Assembly (NCBI GenBank): GCA_030704615.1
Contig: CM060734.1
Span: forward strand, 54,994,001 to 55,058,000
Reading direction: 5' to 3'
Length of the DNA: 64,000 bases
DNA from: Takakia lepidozioides
Taxonomy: Eukaryota; Plantae; Bryophyta
In this document: piece by piece, positions 1 through 11,860 of the stretch
Position numbering within the stretch: position 1 is the first letter of the stretch
How the letters are laid out: every line of letters begins with the position of its first letter
Notes under the pieces: model-generated
The model's input: only the letters and a program-made list of their open reading frames with translations
Told to the model about the DNA's origin: nothing
The model's database searches: none
Program-made: the position numbers and the translations under genes

Positions 1-120
1 TGGCTTCGGCCGGAATCTTCTCTCTGTGTACATTACATAAGTTGTGATGTCTTTTTTTGACCCTGCAAGATGGTCTAAAGTGTGGCCTTGATTCATCGTG
101 TGGTAATCGCATGTAAGCAG

Positions 121-1732
121 GTGTCCATGCCAGGCACTCCAGCTTTGATAATCAGTGATCCAAGCATGGAGATTGCCAAGGGCATGCTACCTCCAGACAT
201 ACTTGTAAAGCCAATACCAGGAAACTACACAAGCGGCAACCTGATGCTTCAAAGACTGCAGTCCTATATTGTATGGTACGGTAGTGCGTGCTTGCCATGC
301 TATTTATGTTCTAGCCACCCTGACTCTGTTCTTGTAAGCTGTCCTTCATTGTAGAACTGGGTGCATATGTTGTTTGAGTAATACTTACTGAGGCCACGAG
401 GTAAGTTTTGTCATGAGGAAAGCCAGTGAGATGATGTATGACTTGTTGAGGCATGATTTCATTTTCTTGGCAATGCATCTCTTTACGATAGTTTTTTCAA
501 AGGCTTGGAAGTATAGTAAGTTGAAGCTTTCCAGTGTTTGTTTGTAGACTAAAGGTGGGTGACTGACAACACTGGTGTTGGTGCAGGCATTGCTGGACAG
601 TATGGTGATGAATTTGAACATAGGCAGCAAGAGAGTCATAACACATGTCATATTCATAGATGCAGATACAATCATGGTAGACAATGTAGGGTGTGCCCTC
701 ACAGAGCACCCTCATTTTGATATGGCTTTGACTTTCCGCAATAACCTTAAGCAGCCTATCAACACCGGGGTGATTATGATTCGAGGCACTCTTGAAGGCC
801 TTTCCAGGTTAGCACTTGTGTTGTATGGGCAGTGAGAAAGTTTAAAGATAAATGGCTGTGTTAGAGCCATGTGACACTGACATTGGGGGGGTTTTCATAG
901 GCCTATCATCGTCATAAATATGATTGCAGATTGGGCTTTATGTGAGATTTTTCTAGTTCTAGTTTACCCAATCCTTTTGGTTGCCCTGATAGTACTATTT
1001 TCTTCCACTTCATAGACCACAAGGCTGGAGTATACTCCCACACCTGTTCTCCCTGCTATCTTTTGACAGTTTCTGGGAATGCCAACATCATCATGGTTCA
1101 CCTACTGAGCTACTGATTCATGATGCACATGCCATCTTTCTTCTTTTGTTGGGGTGTGACAGGGGCAAAGCATTGCTGGAGGAAGTGGTCAAGGTATACC
1201 TGGGCAAGTACAGGGCCGCCTCTGGCATGATGGGTGATCAGCAAGCTTTCGCGGATGTAGTCGGAGCTGCTGTGGAGGCCCACAGGTTCCGCCGTGGCCT
1301 CCATTTTGAAGCTCAGGTTCTTGGAGCAAGAGTGCTCTTCTTGCCCTGTGCTCTCTACAACTGGACACCTTCTGAAGGAGCTGGGCAGTTTCATGGAATG
1401 CCAGAGGAAGTGAAAGTATGTGGCTTGGCTAATCCCACTCAGGCATTTGATGTTAAGAAAACCAAGTGCTGGAAGCATATTTCTACTGTCTAGTGGAAGC
1501 AAGGCTCTTCTACTTCAGGCTTATTAATAGCTTTTCTCTACTGATCACGGGCTTCCAACACCAGTTAACCAGTTGGAATGTTGTGTCTGATTTGAAGGTG
1601 CTGCACTTTAAAGGTTCAAGAAAGCGACTGATGATAGAAGCATGGGGCTTCTATAAGCGGCGGGGCTCTTTGGACTTCTCTGATATGAAGTGCCTTGTTT
1701 TACAAAGTGGGCGGTACAAGTATGATTTCTAA
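121..1732 (+). CDS. Nucleotide-diphospho-sugar transferase-like (DxD) protein, 5' part outside window; exons ~121-270, 587-807, 1163-1415, 1598-1732
   Basis: GT-AG joins give one frame: ...LMLQRLQSYI|ALLDS...HVIFIDAD...ALTFRNNLKQPINTGVIMIRG...MMGDQQAF...LFLPCALYNWTP...|VLHFKGSRKRLM...KYDF*. DxD, INxG, GDQ and HFKG motifs fit GT-A fold transferases. Confidence 0.8.
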
Positions 1733-1913
1733 TGACATGACTGAAGGAATATTTTTGCAGTAGGAGAGGGAACATTATGACATGACCTTGTGTTTGCTGT
1801 GTGAAATGGCTATGTACAGACCGACAATAGGGAGGCCATTCTCACCAGAGTGAGCAATTTTATCTTTGACTGAGGATTGAAAATTATCACCATAGATAAT
1901 CTTGACAACAAAG

Positions 1914-2295
1914 GCCTCTCATTTTAAGATAATAGGGTCTTCAATGGGCACGTGCGATGTGGCTGGTGGGCCCCGCGCATGGACGCCAGCGCCTCGCCCG
2001 CCGCTGCGCGCGGTCGCCCAGCCGCGGGCGCGGCTACAGCAACCGCGCCCGCGCCCCGTCCGCCGCGCGGCCAATCCCCTGCCCATGAGTCCGCTGCCCT
2101 CCAGTCTGCCAGTCCGCTGCTGGCCAGTCGGCTGCTTAGCAGTCCGCCAGTCCGCCAGTCTGCCCGCCAGTCCGCCAGTCCGCCAGTCTGCCCGCCAGTC
2201 CGCTGGCCAGTCCCCTGCCATCCAGTCCGCTGAAGACGCAGGATCGCCACCGTCCATTCCCATAACCCATCCGAGCCCTCCATTTTTAGGGCTGC
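1914..2295 (+). repeat. Left terminal inverted repeat of the MULE (~380 bp, GC-rich, internal CAGTCCGC array)
   Basis: Aligns in reverse with 11861-12131 as far as ...CCCTCCATTTTTAGGGCTGC. Confidence 0.92.
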
Positions 2296-2436
2296 AATTC
2301 AAACCTGCATCCCTGCCGCCTGCCACTTGCCAGCAGCCGCGAACGTGCGCACTATTCTTCTGGCACGTTGTCGTTCGTGTCTTGTTATGCGACGCGTTTC
2401 TTGCATGTTTAGAAGCGTGTCTTTTGTACTGTATAG

Positions 2437-5400
2437 GACAAGGACGTGGAAGCAAAACCCGATGATATACTGATCACGGAAAGCCCGCTTATACGGCCTC
2501 TTCGACAATGTTTGCAAACAGCAAAACCAGGACCCTTCAACAGGAAGGATCTCCATTGGAAGAGTGAGACGCAATATGGGTTTATGGGTGCGCGAGTGAA
2601 TGTTGAAAATGCCTGCATACCTTGGGATAGAGTTGGTGACTTCGTCCTGGGAGAGGAGAGTTTGGAGAACTACCCCACTCAGTTTTGGGTGAATGTCCAT
2701 TCTAAAGTGGAACCCGGCTCGCGAAAAGCACCCAGAGCCAACACATTTCTGTCCAGTATTATGTGTGCACCATCCTCAGTCCTTTTGACGTTTCATTGCA
2801 TGTTTATTGCCATTTTTTGTTTCACGAGTTCTCTGATTTTATGCTTCCTCAAGTCGTTGGATATCGATTTTAGAATTTTCTATCCAGGTATCAATGTTGC
2901 TACGGTCCTGATGACAAACGCACCAACAAGGCAATAGTGGAGGATCCAAAACAGAAGCGTGGAGGACCTCTTGTGGGTGCTGGAACATCTTGCCCTCATA
3001 AAGGGCCAAGGAAAAAGAAGTCGGAGTATGGAGAGTCTTACAAACGTGGTTGTCAATGCTGTTTCAAGGTCCAACAATGCTATCTCGCCCCTGACATCTG
3101 TGTCCTCACGTACTACAACAACATGGAGCATACAGATGCGCAAGGGAAACCCTCGCATGGGAAGTCCGCAGAGTTCAGGAACACCCGCCACGCCTATGCA
3201 CCACACATTAGCGAGGAATTGAAAGCCTGGGTCGTCAAGTGTTTGTGCCGAGGCCTGTCGGTCGCCCAAATCATGATGGAGCATAAAGAGAACGTGATGA
3301 ACAACACCGGCTTGGGCGATGTATGGACCCGCGATGATTTCTTGTTGGAGCAAGATGTTCGCAACCTTGCCGAGAAACGTGCGTGACAAACCTTCAAAAG
3401 CACGCCGATGATGCAGAGAGTGTGCGCATGTGGAGAGACCAGAATCCTGCATCCGTTTTTTTCTATCAAGAGGAGAAATTAGAGCCAACATTCGAGCATT
3501 TTGATGGAGATTTGACATTCACTATTGGCATACAGACTCCGTGGCAGAAACGACGAATGCTGGAACTAGGACATGATCGTATCGTTGCATGACAACCTTT
3601 GGGACAAATCATGACAAGGTACTATTCGAACGATTCCATGGACTTGTACGAGCATGATAAACATAATACCATGCAACATTCACATAATATTTGGTGTGCT
3701 GACCCTTTCTGTATGTTTAGGGTTGTGTACGTTGCGGAAGACCGAGAGGCAGACCCATTGTGAACCGCTACAGACCTCATCACTCTTATGAAGTCTTCTC
3801 GTGCAGAACTGAGCGGAATTTGCATGCTCTGACTATCTTACATTGTGCATTCCAACAGTTCCCATTGTACACGTTGATGGTCTTCGACGAGTGGTTGAAC
3901 GGTATACCAATTGCCTATATCTTATTCGCAAGGAATCGGACAAGAGACCTGGTTCCGTGGATGAGAGCCTTGCGCAATTCACTCCTCGCAGATTTGCCGA
4001 GCTGGCGACCCAATGCCTTAATTGTGGACGATGCCGAAGCAGAAATCAACGCTATTCGGTAAGTCTGTTGGTCCACAGCACCGGTCCATTATCGAAGTCC
4101 ACTGCAGCAGTCCATTGCTACAGTCCACTGACAGACTCCTATGGCGAAACCCGATGGCAGTTCGCTGGGCAAATCCACTGGTAGTCCGCTGTCAAGTCCG
4201 GTCATCAGTCCCCTGGCAAGTCCGCTGGCAGTCCCCGGCAAGTCCGCTCGGCAGTCCGCTGCCAAGTCCGCTGCCAAGTCCACTCAGCAGTCCTTGGGGT
4301 CGGCCGTCCGCTGCCAAGTCCACTCGGCAGTCCCTGGGGCAGTCCGCTGCCCCAGTCCTAGCTAGGGGAAGTCCAATGGGGAAGTCCACTGGGTAGTACA
4401 ATGGGGTTATTCCAGCACATCAACGTCATGGCATTGTACTGTCCACTGGGCGAGTCCAGTGGCTCTGCCCGTTGATACAGGTCGTTGTTACAGTCCACTC
4501 CGGCAGTCCACCATTGCAGTCCGATCCCAAGACTCTAATGTGTACCATGTGTGTTGTGCAGAATTGATTTTGAAGGAGTACTCATTTTCCTCTGCCTTTG
4601 GCATGTCCGCAAGGCATGGTTGAAGCAATCATGCAAGAACACAAAGGATCCGGTGACCACTGTAAACTTGTTGAAGGATATGGGAGACCTCATGTACTGT
4701 AGAGGGGGACCACGCAACGAGAAAAGAGCGCTTCGGTGGGTTGCAAGGAGAATCCGTCGTATGAGGTCAAAATACCCGAAATGACATGAATTTCTTGACT
4801 ATATCGAACAGTACTGGAAGCCCAAAATAGCAATGTGGTATACAGCAGCCCGCAATGTCCCTCATGCGAGCCAAGACACAAACGCAAGCATTGAGGCATA
4901 CCATGGAAATCTGAAGGCAAGACTTGCCATGGGGGAAGACAAGACTTGTCTGCGGGAAATGCAAGATGAGTGGTCGTAGAGTGGACTGACTTATATGGGA
5001 ACTCATTGGCCGTGTGCTAACACACTACTGGTACGCAATCCATTTGAAGACCCACGGGTTCATAAGAAATGACAAACATGAAAAGTACATATCCAGTTCT
5101 ATACTTGCGGCACGAGACATTCCTGCTGAGAGTGTTACTCTTCCCTTGGGTCCTGGTGAACCAGCCTACGTTCTCAGCAGCAACCACCCCGGCACAACAT
5201 ACATTGTTTACAATCCTGATTGCGATTGGGGTTGTTGCACGTGCCCATGGCAATGAAGGGAAACTTATGCAAGCATCAGGTCCGTGTCCTGAAGATGCTT
5301 CACCCTGACCTGCAGGATGGCCTCCTTGTGCGCGTTTGTGGCACGGCGCTGGGAACCATTCATGGAGGATTACCTAACTTGCTCTTGGGCAATGGTGTCG

Positions 5401-5837
5401 GCGGCATCGACGAATCTAATCAGTTCATGGAAAGACATCCTCCGGACGACTTCCCCTACGACGAGGCACCTCTGCAGGTCTCAGCCTCATTGGAACAAGA
5501 ATTCACGGACATACTTCGCATTGTAGGTGATGACAAATACCTGGAGGCACATGCCCGATCTGCTCTTCATATGTGCAGAGGGCAGCTCGTTGATATCCTG
5601 GTGAAAAGTGCGGCTGGAATGTTGCACCCTGCGGAAACGAAGGCTTTCCGTCCTCTGAACGACAACAACAACATGTCTCTGAAAAGGAGACGAGATTTCG
5701 TGGAGGTCTGGAAAACCCGGCCTAGGGTTTTGCGGAGAACCAGCAAGAGGGTGTCTGCACCTGCACCTACAGTACATATATACTCGAAAATTTGCAAGGT
5801 TTCAGGTCGTGTAGATGTCACGAAGAAGACAATATAA
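2437..5837 (+). pseudogene. MULE transposase (DDE + SWIM Zn finger), disrupted by frameshifts and stops; introns ~2763-2887, 3619-3858, 4059-4561
   Basis: Spliced motifs IPWDRVGDFVLGE, YQCCYGPDD, KRGCQCCF...H, IGIQTPWQ, DxTFGTN|FPLYTLMVFD, IVDDAEAE, CLWHVRKAW, SQDTNASIEAYH, and SWIM CxC...GNLCKH. Frame breaks near 3385, 3590, 4784, 4990 and 5250. Start codon not identified. Confidence 0.88.
4059..4561 (+). repeat. Transposase intron filled with degenerate (C/A)AGTCC(G/A)CT repeats
   Basis: Many copies such as CAGTCCGCT, AAGTCCACT and CAGTCCCTG between a GTAAGT donor and a TGCAG acceptor. Confidence 0.85.
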
Positions 5838-6045
5838 GTCTGCAATGCCTCGAAAAACAGACAAGGTTTCACGTCGTGTAGGTGTCACGGAGAAGACAAT
5901 ATAAGTCTGCAATTCCTCGAAAAGAGACAAGGTTTCATGTCGTATAGGTGTCACGAAGAAGACAATATAAGTCTGCAATTCCTCGAAAAGAGACAAGGTG
6001 ACATGTCGTGTAGGTGTCACGAAGAAGACAATATAAGTCTGCAAT
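5784..6045 (+). repeat. ~66-bp tandem repeat, about 4 copies, overlapping the transposase stop codon
   Basis: Unit CAAGGTTTCACGTCGTGTAGGTGTCACGAAGAAGACAATATAAGTCTGCAATTCCTCGAAAAGAGA starts at 5795, 5862, 5928 and 5994. Confidence 0.95.
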
Positions 6046-6593
6046 TTCTTCTGGTAGCATTGTCCCTTTCTGAAATACAAGTCCGCAATGGACTAATGCA
6101 CAGTCTCCCAACGGACTCCTCCAGTCTCCCAACTGACTCCCACACAGTCTCCCAAGCATAGTCTCCCAACGGACTCACGCACAGTCTCTCAACAGAGTCA
6201 CAGTCAACAGACTGCGAGCGCCAGTAAGCCAGTCTGCTGGTCAGTCTGCTGCCCACTCCAAAAGTCTGCTCACCACACTTCCACCTCATCCCTGCAACTT
6301 ATGCCAATCCATCGTCCCAGCGGACTCATGGACATGGTGCCTCCCAGACTAGGTACCAGACCCAGCAGTCCTAGCCTCGGCAGCGTACTGCTCGCACATT
6401 CAAGCTCAGCAGACTCGGGTGCACAGTGCATGGAAAAATTGACACCATTGTGTCCATTGAGTTTAGTGACAACATTACAAAACATGTCAGCACCCACAGT
6501 ACACAAAAATGCTCATCACCACTGGAATAGTACGCGAAAAGACTCGCATTTTTTATTTCGGTACATAGACTTCACATGACAAGTACATCATAC

Positions 6594-7170
6594 TCATGAG
6601 AGCAGTTTCTCTACATTGTCCAACCCTCGCACGATATACTGGGCACACTGCATTCGCTGCCCAAGTGCAAACTTGAAAGTAAACCAGTCCTTCGTGAAAG
6701 GTGTTCCTCTCTCTGGCTTTGCAGTCTTGGAGACATTTGCTCTGACTTTTACCCACTCATAAAACACTTGAATGAATGACATGGCGTAAAAGCCACACTC
6801 CCAGCTGAATGGTTGCTGGGGCACATCAGGCGCGTGGAACTGAAATGCTTGGACAATCTCATGCCACTCTGGTAAGTCCATCGAGTACCCTAAGCACTGC
6901 GCATGAAGCTTCCGAATCCACACTAGAACAAATGGACATTTATGCAAGTCCCTGATAGAGTTCAGGTGAGTGTAACAGCCCTTGCGGAGGTCGATGATAC
7001 AAACACTCCAGTGCCCCCTGCAATGGTATCAAACAACATGGCGTCATTGCACAATCATGATGGGCAGACTCCTAAACACCTTTCTTGGCTGTCGATCCCA
7101 CGTTTGCAGCATGGGTGGAAGATGTCATGTTCTCAGAAGTAGACAGTCTGCCGATGGAGGGACAAACATC
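6594..7170 (-). pseudogene. Ulp1/C48 SUMO-protease-like domain carried by the MULE (end of the minus-strand gene)
   Basis: HWSVCIIDLRKGCYTHLNSI...PDVPQQPFSWECGFYAMSFI matches the Ulp1 HW...YxDS...PQQxNxxDCG pattern. The catalytic Asp position reads Asn, and there is a frameshift just before HW. Confidence 0.82.
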
Positions 7171-7219
7171 TTGTGAGGATACCGAGCAAAATGTCGAATT
7201 AGTCCAATTTCACAATGTG

Positions 7220-8700
7220 CTAAAACATAAACAACAGTGCTGAAAGAGGAAATGGCACAACCTGCCCAAGGGGTGAGGGAGCAAACTCCATGTAATCCAG
7301 CGCTATACCAGACGGTGTCTGCGCCGCATGTGGTTCCTTGCCAGTGTGCCTGCCAGCATGTTCAGTCTGTTGCTCAATGTGGGCAGTCTGCTCGGCCGCC
7401 GGTTCTTCGTCTGTGAACTGTGCAGTCTGCTGGCAACTCTGCGGTTCAGTCTCTTCCTCAATATGGGCAATGTGCTCGGTGGCAGGTTGGTCGTCAATCC
7501 TTCCCTCTGTGAAGTATGCAGTGTGCTGGTCAGGCCGTGCAATCTGAACTGTGCAGTCAGAGCTGAGCTGTGCAGTCTGCCGCTCCGAGCCATCCTGGTC
7601 AGTCCTTCCATCTGTGACCTGTGCAGTCTGCTGGTTAGTTTGCAGTTCAGTCTGCTCATCAATGAAGACAGTATGCTGCCCCGCCACACGTTGCTCGGCA
7701 GTCCTTCCATGTGTCCACTGTTCAGTGTGCTGGTCAGTCTGGTGGACAGCCGGCTGGGTGTTCGGATCTCCATGGACTTGGGAAATATCAAGAACATATA
7801 TGGAAGACCCACCGGCAATTGCTTCCTCAGATTCTTCTGTAAGATCTATGATACGGTTTTGCATTCCCAGATTGAGTTCGGTCATCACGTAAGACTCATC
7901 TATGGCTTTCGCCACTAAGCGCACGAAAACCGGACTAACCTGGAAGGTCATAGAAGGCAGGCCACGGGGAGCTGGATAAGAATGCTTTACCGGTGACCTG
8001 ATGACGTCGTCAGTGAATGTGCCTGGGGGAAAAGTGGACTCGGTCAAAACACTCATACAGACAAATCCAAAAACATGTTGTTGGGAACTCAGCAGAAATT
8101 CGTCCACAGGGTCCCGGTGAGGCCAGTGCATCCGAGTCTATTGCACAATCCAGGGAACAGACTGGCTATTAGTTTCCTGGATAGTCTGCTCGGCCATCTG
8201 CTGAGTAGGTTCGCAAGTGTGCTGCACAGTCTGCTGAGAGGCAATCTGCTGGCTGGATTCGTCGGTCTGCTGCACGGTCTGCTGAGGGGCAATCTGCTGG
8301 CTGGATTTGTCGGTCTGCTGCACGGTCTGCTGTATAGTTTGCTGAGGGGCAATCTGGTGGCCATGTTCGCTGGTTTGCTGCACAGTCGGCTGAGGGGCAG
8401 TCTGTTGGCCGATCTGTTCTCCGGTCTGCTGCAAAGTCTGCAAAGTTCGCTGCCCGCTCAGTACTATTTGCACATACTGAGTATGTGTGTGCGGGGCAGT
8501 CTGCTGGGAGTGATCTGGCCTATTACCCGGGACGGTCTGGTGCACATGCTCGGTCTCCAGCACTTGGGCAGTCTGCCCACATGTGTCGTGGGGAATATGT
8601 TGTTCGACATTCTTGTGGCCAGTCTACTGGACAGTCTCCCGAACTCCTTGTAAAGCCAGGACAAGGTCCCTTGCACCTCTGGCAAAAGAGTCGAAAGCAG
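7220..8700 (-). pseudogene. Q/T/E-rich low-complexity coding region of the MULE minus-strand gene
   Basis: ORFs 7220-8131 and 8138-8563 are built from QQTAQ/QQTVQ-type repeats encoded by CAGCAGACTG motifs. Confidence 0.55.
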
Positions 8701-8746
8701 CCTGCACTTGTTTGTCTCCCAGATCAACTCGCCCTGCAACACATGT

Positions 8747-11281
8747 TTATGCAAATGTGAACTTGTAAAAAAGTTGGCAAAAGAAATTGAGCTGAAACAC
8801 GAAAGTTGCCCATAACATTTTACCTTCCAAGAGATTTCCGACGAGGCCAATGTCCTTGATATGCCGGCACACAGGCATCTCCATCGAGATGAGCAATGGC
8901 GCCGATGCGGTCTTCAGTTGGGATCCCACACCACAGGACTTTGAAGACATTGGGATTCTGCAAAACAATGTCGAATATTGCTCGCTCCATCACCAATGCA
9001 AACCAGTGCAATGCCTCATCCACCATAAACTTCTGTGAATGGTCTGTTCCATGGAGTAAGTCCATCCTCAAACTATGCAGATCCTTCATCAACTTGTTGT
9101 ATGAGTGGAAATTGCCAAATTACATCCATCTGTGTTGTAGGAAGGAAGCTGCCATGCGCTCAAGTCCTCCTCAGTCAATCCGAACAAGTGCTTTCTTCGC
9201 ACCCCAAAAATTGGATGTGCCATAGGCATATGTCTGAGGTCTTCAGGCCGTGGGTCATCCATGAGAATCAGCTGCACAAGTAGAGGCGGCGCATTTTGGT
9301 CACTTGTGGCTTCAATGGCAACAGCAGAGGCGGAATCTAGAACATGGTTGGCTTCCTCAATAGAAAACTCCATGGAATAATGAAAGGGTACAAATGACCA
9401 CCGACGTCCGGAATGATCCGGTGGAGCTCATTATGCCAATCCAATGGGATTAATTTCTCCCCCCTAAGCCGGGGAAGTGTGAGGTCTTCAGCTTCGGGGT
9501 GAATTACCGGTGATGGCGATCGCCAAAACTGCAAAAAGCGCCGTGCTATGTGAGAGAAAGGCAGTCTGCTGGTCAGTCTGTTGGTCCCAGTCTGTTGGAT
9601 GATAGGACTTCCCATTGGCATGGGCTGCATGATGGGGCTCCTGAGAGGAGTCTGCAGGATGACAGGCTGCTCGTTGGGAGTCTGCTATCTGGAGTCTGCT
9701 GGATGACAGGCTGCTGAACGGAGTCTGCGGGATGACGGCCTGCTGAACGGGAGTCTGCTGGATGCAGACTCGGCTGTCCCAGACGCATTCCCCCCCCCCT
9801 TCCCCCCCCGCGTCTTCAATATGTAATGCCGCTATAGCAGCAGATGACCCACAGGATACTTCAATAATATGTACTCTCGCACGCGGTCCACTTCCGCACG
9901 CACTGCAGTCACTTGTAAAAAAGCATCATTGCTAGGTATCGCCAAGCCTGAATGGCCCTACGATAGAAACACGTTCATCCTGGTCACGGCAGAGAACTTC
10001 GATGTCAGGAACATGGACGTGGACTCTATATTCACTCATGCAGCGGACTGGACTCACAAACTAAAACAGACTGTAACGTGCGTACGTAGGTGGAGGCAAC
10101 TAGTAGACTATACCAGTGGACTGACAACGACTTCCTAAGAATGTGCAGCGCTATAAACAGACTAACTGACGAGCGGACTGAGCCAGCGGACTGAGGAGAG
10201 AACTCAGGGGACTGACCAGACTGAATATGCAAGGTGACCCGATGATGGACTCAAACAGCACAGAAAGACTGGGCGGTCAGACTGACCATTACCTCCTCTA
10301 CTTCATCATCGTCATCTTCATCTTCAAAGCTGTTCAAACCAGTTCTGTTCCGCCTGTCGGATTAATGTGCGTAGCAGACCTGACTGGGCAACTCTGTAGA
10401 AATAACGGAAGAAGTCTGGATCCCCAATTGGTGGCACTCTGGTGGGAAAAGCCCAAAGTCAACGAGGCGCAATGTGCCAGGGCAGACTGGCCCTTCAGTG
10501 CTCTGTTGAGTTTTTGGTTTTGACCCTAAACCGATGGCATGGGTCGCGATATTTGTGTGAGTCTGCTGCCGAGTCTGGTCAGGCAAGTCAATGTCCACTG
10601 GACTTGTCACCCCTTCCAGGCCCTGAGCAGATTCACTTTCAGTATCAGTACTGATGGTGTGGGTCTGTGCCCAGGACGGGGTTCAGTCTGTTGCGTGGAT
10701 TTTGCCCTTGCCGCGCGAGCAGACCTTGCAGCCTTCTCATTTTTTTGCCTCTCCTTTTCTTGGGCCCCATCACTCAGTTTACGTTTTCTGGGAGCGTCCA
10801 ACGTTCCCTGCACTTGCAAATCCTCCATTGACGGGCCACCACAATGGACGCCATACCGTGCGCGCACTTCGTCTAATTCCAAGTGCGGGGGTCAAGCACT
10901 GATCCGCGCAAGCGCATTGTGGCCTCTTTGACAATCGACATTTCTTTCAGTATCGGCCAAGGCTTGAAATCCCGTGGAATCATTGCAACAGTCTCCTTGC
11001 AACCCGTGTCAACACAATGCCGATTTAGTTGGATTTTGTCCTTGATTACCTCTTCACAGAAGAGACAGAAGAGCTTGTCCTTCTGCCAATTCGAGTTTTT
11101 GGGCTTCCGGGCGCGGAGGTCTACAAATGCTTCCACTATTTTATGATCAAACTCGTCTGGTGAGTACCAGTACCTTCGCTCCTTCTTCAGTCTGGTTTGG
11201 TGCACAAAATCCAACCAGTCCGCTCCACCTTTTTCACAAGCATCCTCCATCGCTGCAGAATGAAACGAAGGTGCAAGGACA
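8747..11281 (-). pseudogene. Upstream parts of MULE minus-strand gene(s): Zn-finger-like segment, basic NLS-like segment and an unrecognised globular region; 5' end in gap
   Basis: 10873-11250 KLFCLFCEEVIKDKIQLNRHCVDTGCK (Cx2C...Hx5C); 10607-10882 PRKRK; protein-like frameshifted ORFs across 8747-9550. Confidence 0.5.
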
Positions 11282-11781
11282 NNNNNNNNNNNNNNNNNNN
11301 NNNNNNNNNNNNNNNNNNNNNNNNNNNNNNNNNNNNNNNNNNNNNNNNNNNNNNNNNNNNNNNNNNNNNNNNNNNNNNNNNNNNNNNNNNNNNNNNNNNN
11401 NNNNNNNNNNNNNNNNNNNNNNNNNNNNNNNNNNNNNNNNNNNNNNNNNNNNNNNNNNNNNNNNNNNNNNNNNNNNNNNNNNNNNNNNNNNNNNNNNNNN
11501 NNNNNNNNNNNNNNNNNNNNNNNNNNNNNNNNNNNNNNNNNNNNNNNNNNNNNNNNNNNNNNNNNNNNNNNNNNNNNNNNNNNNNNNNNNNNNNNNNNNN
11601 NNNNNNNNNNNNNNNNNNNNNNNNNNNNNNNNNNNNNNNNNNNNNNNNNNNNNNNNNNNNNNNNNNNNNNNNNNNNNNNNNNNNNNNNNNNNNNNNNNNN
11701 NNNNNNNNNNNNNNNNNNNNNNNNNNNNNNNNNNNNNNNNNNNNNNNNNNNNNNNNNNNNNNNNNNNNNNNNNNNNNNNNN
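11282..11781. other. Assembly gap (500 N)
   Basis: Run of N. Confidence 1.
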
Positions 11782-11860
11782 CGCCTACCACAACATCGGA
11801 CAATAAACAGCCGTCAATGGAGAACGACCGGGATTTGGTGGGAAGATCATTGCCATTTTC

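Noticed and set aside
1902-2465. Several overlapping ORFs (up to 187 aa)
   Set aside because: These are by-products of the GC-rich, repeat-filled TIR.
5784-6045. CRISPR-like array
   Set aside because: Units are contiguous tandem copies with no unique spacers, in a eukaryotic transposon with no cas genes.
7303-8653. Leu-rich plus-strand ORFs (LLHGLLRGNLL...) resembling LRR or membrane proteins
   Set aside because: They are antisense readings of the CAGTCTGCTG repeat region.
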